Shown piece by piece: positions 45,453-52,923 of a DNA stretch of 64,000 nt; the first letter of the stretch is position 1, and every line of letters starts with the position of its first letter. A program made the position numbers and the translations under genes. The notes below the pieces were generated by a model. It did not search any database, was not told the DNA's origin, and worked only from the letters and a program-made list of their open reading frames with translations. Origin of the DNA: a virus (lineage: Duplodnaviria; Caudoviricetes). The stretch covers positions 16,563 through 80,562 of the IMG/VR virus record IMGVR_UViG_3300029288_004207; one strand, 5' to 3'.

Positions 45453-46776
45453 TTATAGACAAGCGTTAAAAAATGGTGAAATTAAGATAGGTATATGGGG
45501 TTGTGGCTATATTGGATTCACTACGATGATAAACTTTGCAAAAGAGGGAGTTTATTCTATCGGATATGATACTAATCAAAATGTGATAGATAGTATTAAA
45601 GACGGTAAACTACATATCGTTAATCTTGATTATTGGATAGGGTATCATATTGAGAAACTTGTTAAGGATATGATAGTAGCTACATCAAACTGGAAAGAAA
45701 TGTTGGATGATTTTACAAAAATACATTTTATCGCTGTTCCAACAGAGAAAGGTGGAGAACCTTGGTTTGAACCTTTACAAAATGTAATGGATAGGATGGC
45801 GAGTAAAAACAAATCTGATATTCCAGATATTATTATAATTGAAAGCACTTTAACACCTGGGATGTTTGATAAAATAGTATTAGGAACATTGTCCAATAAT
45901 GGATGGGATATTGGTAAAGATATATTAGTAGGTATTGCGCCACGCAGAGATTGGTTTGATTCTCCAGATAAGAACCTTAAATCATTAAATCGTGTAATTG
46001 GTGGAACAACTTTAGAAACTACTGATTTAATGAGAGATGTTTTAAGTATCGTATGTGACAAACTAATATTATCGGATGCTTCTACAACTGAATTAGTTAA
46101 ATCAGTAGAAAACACGATATTTGAGATATGTGCGGTATTCGCTTCGCAACTTGCCTATGCTTACCCCGATAGAAATATAAAAGAAGTATTAAGGCTTGCT
46201 TCTACGCATTGGCGTATACCATTATATTATCCAACTGTGGGGCGTGGTGGTTATTGTACCCCAGTTGCCCCGAAATATGTTAAAGATGGTGCGGAAAAAC
46301 CAGACTTTTTAACATTAGTAGAAGATACGCTTATTTTTGATGAATACCAACCTAAATATATAGCTAAACAAATGGCAGAAAAAGTAAATGGTGGCAGTAT
46401 AGGAATATTGGGATTGAGTTATAAACGGGACTTACGTGTTCATACACTATCACCATCATTACCTATTATAAAGGAACTCGTAAGTAATAATATAGACGTT
46501 AAAGTATTTGACCCGTATTATACGGCACTTGATATCTATCAGATTACTGGGGTTAAATCATTCAATTATCCTGAAGAACTTAATCAATTTGATGGTATTA
46601 TTATTATTCCCCCACATAGGATATTCAGCCAAACACCAAAACGTATACTATTAGAAAACTTGAAACAAGGTGTTAAGATATTGGATAATGAAGGTATTTG
46701 GAGTGAACATAAAAGCTCATTCTTGGAAAAAGGTATTGATTATCACTATGTAGGTGATAAAGGATGGTGTCTGTAA
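45430..46776 (+). CDS. UDP-sugar 6-dehydrogenase (WecC/WbpO-like)
   Basis: GIWGCGYIG, IAVPT, IIESTLTPG, ELVKSVEN, GGYCTP, GLSYK..LR. Confidence 0.9.
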   Translation: MMETKAFNYRQALKNGEIKIGIWGCGYIGFTTMINFAKEGVYSIGYDTNQNVIDSIKDGKLHIVNLDYWIGYHIEKLVKDMIVATSNWKEMLDDFTKIHFIAVPTEKGGEPWFEPLQNVMDRMASKNKSDIPDIIIIESTLTPGMFDKIVLGTLSNNGWDIGKDILVGIAPRRDWFDSPDKNLKSLNRVIGGTTLETTDLMRDVLSIVCDKLILSDASTTELVKSVENTIFEICAVFASQLAYAYPDRNIKEVLRLASTHWRIPLYYPTVGRGGYCTPVAPKYVKDGAEKPDFLTLVEDTLIFDEYQPKYIAKQMAEKVNGGSIGILGLSYKRDLRVHTLSPSLPIIKELVSNNIDVKVFDPYYTALDIYQITGVKSFNYPEELNQFDGIIIIPPHRIFSQTPKRILLENLKQGVKILDNEGIWSEHKSSFLEKGIDYHYVGDKGWCL

Positions 46777-46814
46777 TATGATACCTAAGAAAATTATAGG
46801 AAAAATATTTAAAT

Positions 46815-47048
46815 ATGTTTAAATTACGGCGTAAAAATAAAAAAGGGCAAATAGGGTTAACAAAAGAGGAAATGCGAGATGCTGTTTATGATGGTATCCG
46901 ATTAGCATCTGATACACAAAGTGAACTTGAAAAAGAACAAGAAGAAAAAAGAAAAAGGCTAGAATATTTCAATTCATTGTCTCCACGTTTGAAGAAGCGG
47001 TTAATAAGATTCTGGAAGGAGAAAGAAGGTCGAGATGGCAAAAAGTAA
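46815..47048 (+). CDS. small charged protein
   Basis: Open frame; no motif. Confidence 0.5.
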   Translation: MFKLRRKNKKGQIGLTKEEMRDAVYDGIRLASDTQSELEKEQEEKRKRLEYFNSLSPRLKKRLIRFWKEKEGRDGKK

Positions 47049-47165
47049 ATATCAATTAAAAATCAAGGGTATGAAAGGCAAATTCAAGAATTTTAATAAT
47101 AGCAAGACTAATCCAACGTGGCTAAGAACTCGCAGAAGTAAAAAGCGTGATATGTTGAGGGAACT

Positions 47166-47540
47166 ATGGGTGTAGCCCAAGTATTATTTGAGGTAGAGGT
47201 TATTGTAGAAACTGGTAATAAAGAATACAAGCCTCTAAATTGGTATGGTAAAGCGGAATGGACTAGAACTAAAATCCGTAAGATGTATCATATTCCAGCA
47301 CGTAATCAGAACCACGCATGGAAAAAAGCTCAAAAATATGGAACTCCTAAATCTTGTCATAAAATAGATGCTGTATCAGCATTATCTAATATAGAAAATA
47401 TAAAACTAGACCAAGAGCCAATAATTAGTAAACTTAATCCGTATCTTAATGCAATTGCTATGGACGAACTCATATGGAAAAAGAAAAAATCTAAAAAACA
47501 ACACAATAAAAGTAAAAAACCTATTGACAATATTGAATGA
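47166..47540 (+). CDS. basic hypothetical protein
   Basis: GAGG RBS; no motif. Confidence 0.55.
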   Translation: MGVAQVLFEVEVIVETGNKEYKPLNWYGKAEWTRTKIRKMYHIPARNQNHAWKKAQKYGTPKSCHKIDAVSALSNIENIKLDQEPIISKLNPYLNAIAMDELIWKKKKSKKQHNKSKKPIDNIE

Positions 47541-47577
47541 ATATACTAATATGTATGTAGGTGGATAGGTAAATAGT

Positions 47578-47724
47578 ATGGTAATGAAAAAGGAAACGAA
47601 TAATATTTGTGATAAATGTGGTAGTTCTCATACTGTAAGGCATGGGACTAATACTACTATAAGTAAAGGTAAAAGACATCGCAGGAAGTGTCAGGATTGT
47701 GGACACACTTTTTATGAGGAGTAA
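47578..47724 (+). CDS. InsA-like Zn-ribbon protein (48 aa)
   Basis: CDKCGSSHTVRHG..RHRRKCQDCGHTF; promoter TTGACA-17-TAATAT at 47524-47552; not in the ORF track. Confidence 0.75.
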   Translation: MVMKKETNNICDKCGSSHTVRHGTNTTISKGKRHRRKCQDCGHTFYEE

Positions 47725-47956
47725 AATTAATGAAATATCTATTCATCATAATACTAGGAATAATATTATTGGTTGGTGGAATAATATTGCTAACACCATT
47801 AGGAGAAAAAGTAGCTGATGTTTCTTATAGTGGGCAAGAAATATTTTATAATGAAGAAGATTATATAAGTTTTAAGCAAGATATTATCAAGTATGAAGTA
47901 AAAATAGATAAATTAAGGTAAGTATCCCTTGACATACAGTAAGAGGCTAGAATAAA

Positions 47957-48793
47957 ATGGCAACGTGGACAAAGAAGATATTAGAGTGGACAGAAGGTAA
48001 AAAGGCTTTCCTGTCAGTGGTTTTTACTTGGCAATTACCAGAGGCATGGTCACGTTGTGTGTGGTATAAACAGCAAGGATATGATGTTAATGTCGGAGGT
48101 GTTGCCGTCTCTCTATTCCCTGATTATCTCAAAGGTGTGGCGAATGTAAATGGTATGAAAATAGATGCATTATCAAAGCACAATGACCAAGCTACAAGGT
48201 TTTCCACAGGTTGTATAAATGCATGTAATTTTTGCGCAGTACCAATTACCGAGGGTGATTTAAAACCAATCAAAGGCAAACCTCTCCCGATCGTTTGTGA
48301 TAATAACCCGCTTGCATTACCGAGAAAGTATTTTGATTATATGATAGATATTCTAAAACCAGTCCATGGCGTTGACACAAATCAGGGTTTAGATTGCAGA
48401 ATAATCAATCAATATCATGTAGACCGATTGCGTGAACTTGACTTAAAAATAGTTCGTTTTGCTTGGGATAATATCAATGAGGAAAAACATGTTATAGATG
48501 CGATTAATTTATGTCTTAATTCAGGTATCCCCAAAAGCAAGATTAGAGTTTACGTTCTTGTTGGCTACCATGATACGCCAGAGGATGCATTATATAGAAT
48601 GCAGACGCTTAAAAACATGGGATTGGCAAAAAACAGTCCAATGAGATACCAGCCAATACGGGGTGATAAAGCATTAATAAAAGATAGTTACCTGGAAAAT
48701 ACTTGGACTGAATACGAAATGAAACGCTTTATGCATTATTGGTTTAGACAAGCATGGGTTAGTAAAATACCATATAACGAATGGAGGGGCTAA
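47957..48793 (+). CDS. radical SAM protein (IS passenger)
   Basis: GCINACNFCAVP (CxxxCxxC), NQGLDCR, RFAWD, YVLVGY. Confidence 0.88.
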   Translation: MATWTKKILEWTEGKKAFLSVVFTWQLPEAWSRCVWYKQQGYDVNVGGVAVSLFPDYLKGVANVNGMKIDALSKHNDQATRFSTGCINACNFCAVPITEGDLKPIKGKPLPIVCDNNPLALPRKYFDYMIDILKPVHGVDTNQGLDCRIINQYHVDRLRELDLKIVRFAWDNINEEKHVIDAINLCLNSGIPKSKIRVYVLVGYHDTPEDALYRMQTLKNMGLAKNSPMRYQPIRGDKALIKDSYLENTWTEYEMKRFMHYWFRQAWVSKIPYNEWRG

Positions 48794-48982
48794 ATGCAAA
48801 ATAAGCAAAAACCAGAGAAGCCACTTAAAGAAGCGGAATTTGAGAGCCTACTGGACAAGGCATCCCAACCACTGGAGCAACCGCAAAAACCCGATTCAAA
48901 AGAAGCTGAAACATCGGAGTCTCCGACTTCCGGTGATTGTAACGAAAACCATACTCATTCAGATAGTCCTGAAGATATTTAG
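48794..48982 (+). CDS. IS-associated small ORF convergent with the transposase
   Basis: Similar to 959-1126. Confidence 0.5.
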   Translation: MQNKQKPEKPLKEAEFESLLDKASQPLEQPQKPDSKEAETSESPTSGDCNENHTHSDSPEDI

Positions 48983-49748
48983 GAGATACAGCATGACGAG
49001 TACCATCAAGACCACGCTTAACGAGGCTCCAGAAGCCCTCAACCGTGTTCACATGGTTGTTACCAATGGCGTATTGCCCTTTGCAGTGATTAACAACCCC
49101 ATGAGTGTATCCGAGCTTCTGAACATAGTTATAGCTGGCAAGTTCATCTGTATGGATAGTGTTTTCAGTGGTACGGGGGACGTGATTCCAGATGATAGGC
49201 ATTATAGTACGTGCCTTAACGTCCTTAGTGACCGTAGTGCTGACTTGTCCTTGTTCCCGATGAATGAGACCTACAACGGGCGTTTTACCCTCTGCGCCTC
49301 GCCCTGGAGGGCCGGAGTGCTTTCCGCCGATGTATGTCTCGTCAACCTCTATATGACCGTTCATCTTACCGTGTTTTTCATCCATCAACTTGCGAATCAT
49401 GGTGAACATTCTCCAAGCCGTCTTGTAAGTAACCCCTATTTCACGCTGAAGCTGTTTGGCACTTATCCCGCAGCGAGTGCTGGACATCAAAAACATAGCA
49501 TGAAACCAGTAACGAAGTGGCGTGGGGGATTTGTGGAATATCGTTCCGGCTGTAGGCGATACTGCATGACCGCAAAACTCACAGGTGTAATCTTTTGCGC
49601 CAACCCGATGAAAGTGTTTGGTTATCTTCAGGCACTTAGGGCAGTAAACACCATCGGGATAACGACCCTTGAATATGCGTTCAAGGCAAGCATCATCGGT
49701 AGGATACTTCTCGTTAAAATCTTTGAGTGTGTATTTTGCGGTTTTCAT
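48825..49748 (-). CDS. IS1595-family transposase
   Basis: CPKC..CEFC, IEVDETYIGG, TDE, HVNTVEGFWS; promoter TTGACA-17-TATACT (49807-49779) partly within the right IR. Confidence 0.95.
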   Translation of the reverse strand: MKTAKYTLKDFNEKYPTDDACLERIFKGRYPDGVYCPKCLKITKHFHRVGAKDYTCEFCGHAVSPTAGTIFHKSPTPLRYWFHAMFLMSSTRCGISAKQLQREIGVTYKTAWRMFTMIRKLMDEKHGKMNGHIEVDETYIGGKHSGPPGRGAEGKTPVVGLIHREQGQVSTTVTKDVKARTIMPIIWNHVPRTTENTIHTDELASYNYVQKLGYTHGVVNHCKGQYAIGNNHVNTVEGFWSLVKRGLDGTRHAVSPKYLQDYLNEYGFRYNHRKSETPMFQLLLNRVFAVAPVVGMPCPVGSQIPLL

Positions 49749-50063
49749 TTTAGTCTCCCAAATTCAATCTCTAATAGGAGTATAGCACAAAATGTACTGT
49801 ATGTCAAGGGATACTTACCTAAATTAAATACATTATCGTCATCACCTCCGATTATTGTAGAATTTGATGTTAGTCTCAAAGATAATGATATGATATTTCC
49901 TTATGGGGAAAGATATTCTAATAATTGGGCATTTGGTTTTGCGGTAGTAATGATAGGTTTTATGATACTGGCTATTCGGCAAGTAGTGAGGAAAGAGTAA
50001 ATGGACAAACAAAATGATACTATGTGGAAGTTATTGGCATTTTAAAAAGGTAAAGGAGAATTA

Positions 50064-50390
50064 ATGATGCAATACGTAGGTTGGGTATTAATAGGTTTAA
50101 TCGTAGTAATTTTGGCATGGATTTCATTCGGTTCAAAAAAGAAAAGATGGTATAAAGTATACCTTGCAAATAATGATGTGATGCTTCTCCAAAGAGATTT
50201 AAAAGAACGTTGGTGGAGAACATCAGACCGTTATCTTAGGTTTGTTGATGAGTTTGGTAGGGAACATACTTTTCCGACTAATGGGCATGGATGGATATTA
50301 TATTGGGTAGAAGTTCCTGATAAACAACTTGAACTAGCCAAAGAAGAAATAAAGCGGATTAAGGAAGAAAGAGCCAAAGAAAATGAATAA
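50064..50390 (+). CDS. single-TM protein
   Basis: AAGGAG RBS, N-terminal TM. Confidence 0.65.
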   Translation: MMQYVGWVLIGLIVVILAWISFGSKKKRWYKVYLANNDVMLLQRDLKERWWRTSDRYLRFVDEFGREHTFPTNGHGWILYWVEVPDKQLELAKEEIKRIKEERAKENE

Positions 50391-50742
50391 AATATCTTGG
50401 GGTGCGTTTGCCGTAAGCCACATGGGGGAAGTTAATGAGTTTAAATTAATGGCAGAGGCAATTTTACCAGTCATGACGGATGCAAGTGTTTCTCGTTCTG
50501 CTAAACGTAAAACATTGAGTGATATGGTAGACAATTTAAGTGAAGATACTTTCAAACATAAAGAAATAGCCGAACAGATAATGGAAATAATAAACATGAA
50601 AGAAGATGTATGCAAAGAATACGTTGATGCTGAAGCACAGGTTTGTGGCATACTATCTTGGATACCTAGAATGGAACAACATCGGACATTATTGAAAAAT
50701 GAAGTTATCAAACATCGTAAACACTATGGATTAAATATATAG
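50383..50742 (+). CDS. hypothetical protein
   Basis: Overlap-coupled open frame. Confidence 0.6.
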   Translation: MNKISWGAFAVSHMGEVNEFKLMAEAILPVMTDASVSRSAKRKTLSDMVDNLSEDTFKHKEIAEQIMEIINMKEDVCKEYVDAEAQVCGILSWIPRMEQHRTLLKNEVIKHRKHYGLNI

Positions 50743-50757
50743 GAGTGATATAATAAA

Positions 50758-51816
50758 ATGGTAAATCCTCGTGAAGAAAGAACCAATGAGCCAATTTCTA
50801 ATGAACCAAAATCCACAGAACCTATGCTTCGTAAAGAACCACCTCGTCCTATTAGAGTAAAACGTAATTATGATGAGGATGAAGAAAATCCGATAGTAGA
50901 TAGACCAAGAGGTTATGGTGGTAATGGCGGTAATGGCGGTAAGTTATCTATAATGCCATTTGCAATTGTTCTTGTCGTAGCGGTACTTCTATCTTATGCT
51001 TGGTTAGGTTTAGCCAATGGTGGAAAGTTTGTTACGCAAGAGAGTGATGCACTAAATTGGAGTGGGTTTGACGCTCGTGTTGATGGTAGGATAGATACGA
51101 AGTGGGGTTCATTCAGTGATAAAATAACTGCTATAGATGGTAGGGTAGCTACATCTGAAGTAAAAACAGCAGAAATAAATGATAATATTAGTGATATAAA
51201 ATCTAGATTAACTGCGCTGGAAAATAATCCTAACAGTAATTTACAATCACAAATAAATGCCCTAACAACAGAAATAGTAAATATAAAATCTCAAATAGCA
51301 AATGTAGAAAATACCAATACTGCTATAGTAGCGGATATCGCCAATATAAAATCAAGATTAGAAAAATTAGAGGAAACAGTAAATACATCTTCGGGGGCTA
51401 CAAGTGATGCACCTTTTACGGTAGAAACAAGAATAATAAATAAGAATATCTCTTTTGATGCGTCAACTAATGCAACGACATTGGGGTTTGGTGTAAAGGT
51501 TATTTTGGTAAATGGTTCAACAAGAGACTTGGAAGATATAGAACTATCTATTCCTGTGAGTTTGTCAATGTATACTTCTTACGGTTCTGGACATGTTAGC
51601 GTATGGTCGGAATCGTCAAGCAAGTGGTATCTTACGGATAGAGATTATGGTTATGATGAGGCGTTTGCTACATTAGTAGGAACTGATATTACACTTGACA
51701 AGAGTGATACAGAAAAAATAACAGTAGGGATGTCAGTTGTTGTTAGTGGTGAAGTTCAGGACTTTGACGTTGATATTGACGATGGCGATATAGAAATTGA
51801 ATGGGGGTATGAGTAA
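50758..51816 (+). CDS. single-TM protein with coiled coil and C-terminal Ig-like beta domain
   Basis: AGGAG RBS, TM near aa 66-85, heptad-rich middle. Confidence 0.7.
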   Translation: MVNPREERTNEPISNEPKSTEPMLRKEPPRPIRVKRNYDEDEENPIVDRPRGYGGNGGNGGKLSIMPFAIVLVVAVLLSYAWLGLANGGKFVTQESDALNWSGFDARVDGRIDTKWGSFSDKITAIDGRVATSEVKTAEINDNISDIKSRLTALENNPNSNLQSQINALTTEIVNIKSQIANVENTNTAIVADIANIKSRLEKLEETVNTSSGATSDAPFTVETRIINKNISFDASTNATTLGFGVKVILVNGSTRDLEDIELSIPVSLSMYTSYGSGHVSVWSESSSKWYLTDRDYGYDEAFATLVGTDITLDKSDTEKITVGMSVVVSGEVQDFDVDIDDGDIEIEWGYE

Positions 51817-52096
51817 TATGGGATTAAGTAATCTAAAAAACAAATATAAATGGTATAATGATAAACTAAGACTTAAATTCAAGAGTTATTGGAACTATAT
51901 CTTGAGTGTTATGGGTGTAGAGTTAATTCTTTACTTCGTAGTTCATAACTGGATGGAACAACCAATGACATTCTATTGGATTGCTATTCCTCTTGGTATT
52001 GTAGGTTGTATTTTGTGGTATCTATCTTATAAAGTTCAACAGCAGGATAAACAATTGTGGTATAAAGAGGAACGTAATAGAGAGATTAATGGATAA
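51797..52096 (+). CDS. two-TM membrane protein
   Basis: Hydrophobic helices. Confidence 0.55.
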   Translation: MNGGMSNMGLSNLKNKYKWYNDKLRLKFKSYWNYILSVMGVELILYFVVHNWMEQPMTFYWIAIPLGIVGCILWYLSYKVQQQDKQLWYKEERNREING

Positions 52097-52285
52097 ATGG
52101 CAAATTGGTACTACCCTAATGTTGTGGCAAAGATTGCACCTAAAGATATACAATGTTCCGATTGTGAAAATATCATAATCAGGTTTAAGGAATATTTTAA
52201 GCATAATCATGGTAGATACTGTCATAAATGTTCTGAATTGTATGACGGTAAATACGCAAAAGTAGATATGGATGGGCTATTATAA
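52097..52285 (+). CDS. small Zn-finger protein
   Basis: CSDC..YCHKC. Confidence 0.6.
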   Translation: MANWYYPNVVAKIAPKDIQCSDCENIIIRFKEYFKHNHGRYCHKCSELYDGKYAKVDMDGLL

Positions 52286-52297
52286 AGGAATATAAAG

Positions 52298-52912
52298 ATG
52301 GTTAAACGGATTTTAGCATTTATAGTTATAGCACTTGTTTCCTATGGCACTATGATATGTGGTAAACTTGGTGAACATCCAGTATTACTCTATATAGGTA
52401 TGATAATTGGTGGTGCATTGGCACTAGGATTTATTGTTTGGTTAATGAAACTCATGGCTCGTTTTATGGGTTGGGCTATGACTTCAGCTTTATATCTTGC
52501 TTCAGCGATAACTATTATGGGGCTATTGGCTTGGTATGAAGTTATCCCGACATTTGCTGGGGTAATGGCATCATTTGGACTTAGTATATTATTGGTAGTT
52601 ATGATAATTCGTAAACTTGCAAATTGGGCGCAAAAATCAGTAGTTGGTAGTGAAGTGTTTTCATGGGTATCAGGCTATGAAATAAAAAACATTATCCAGA
52701 AAGATAAAATATTAGATAAAGATACTGTAATAGAATTAAATGCCGAAATAAAGAATTTAATTGCAGTATTGCGTGGATTGCAATATAATAAAACTGATGC
52801 TAAAGAAGCGGCAATTTACGTTGTACAGCAGTATCCACAAGAACCAATGGATAGTAAAATAATCAGGGCTGTACAATACTTAAGTCCTGATGTAAGTGGA
52901 AGAAAGAACTAA
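52298..52912 (+). CDS. four-TM protein with a RuvA C-terminal-like helical domain
   Basis: LIAVLRGLQYNKTDAKEAA..MDSKIIRAVQYL. Confidence 0.55.
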   Translation: MVKRILAFIVIALVSYGTMICGKLGEHPVLLYIGMIIGGALALGFIVWLMKLMARFMGWAMTSALYLASAITIMGLLAWYEVIPTFAGVMASFGLSILLVVMIIRKLANWAQKSVVGSEVFSWVSGYEIKNIIQKDKILDKDTVIELNAEIKNLIAVLRGLQYNKTDAKEAAIYVVQQYPQEPMDSKIIRAVQYLSPDVSGRKN

Positions 52913-52923
52913 AGGAGTCAAAA

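Larger units (their letters stand above)
47917..49819. mobile_element. complete 1903-bp IS1595-family transporter IS
   Basis: Perfect 25-bp IRs GGTAAGTATCCCTTGACATACAGTA (47917-47941; 49795-49819); 8-bp TSD TAAATTAA (47909-47916; 49820-49827). Confidence 0.95.
47730..50000 (+). pseudogene. 119-aa membrane protein gene interrupted by the IS1595 (47730-47916 + 49828-50000)
   Basis: Removing the IS and one TSD copy gives ...VKIDKL|NTLSSSPP... in frame (360 nt). Confidence 0.88.

Noticed and set aside
48840-50000. 386-aa plus-strand ORF
   Set aside because: Antisense shadow of the transposase that runs by chance into the 3' half of the interrupted membrane gene.
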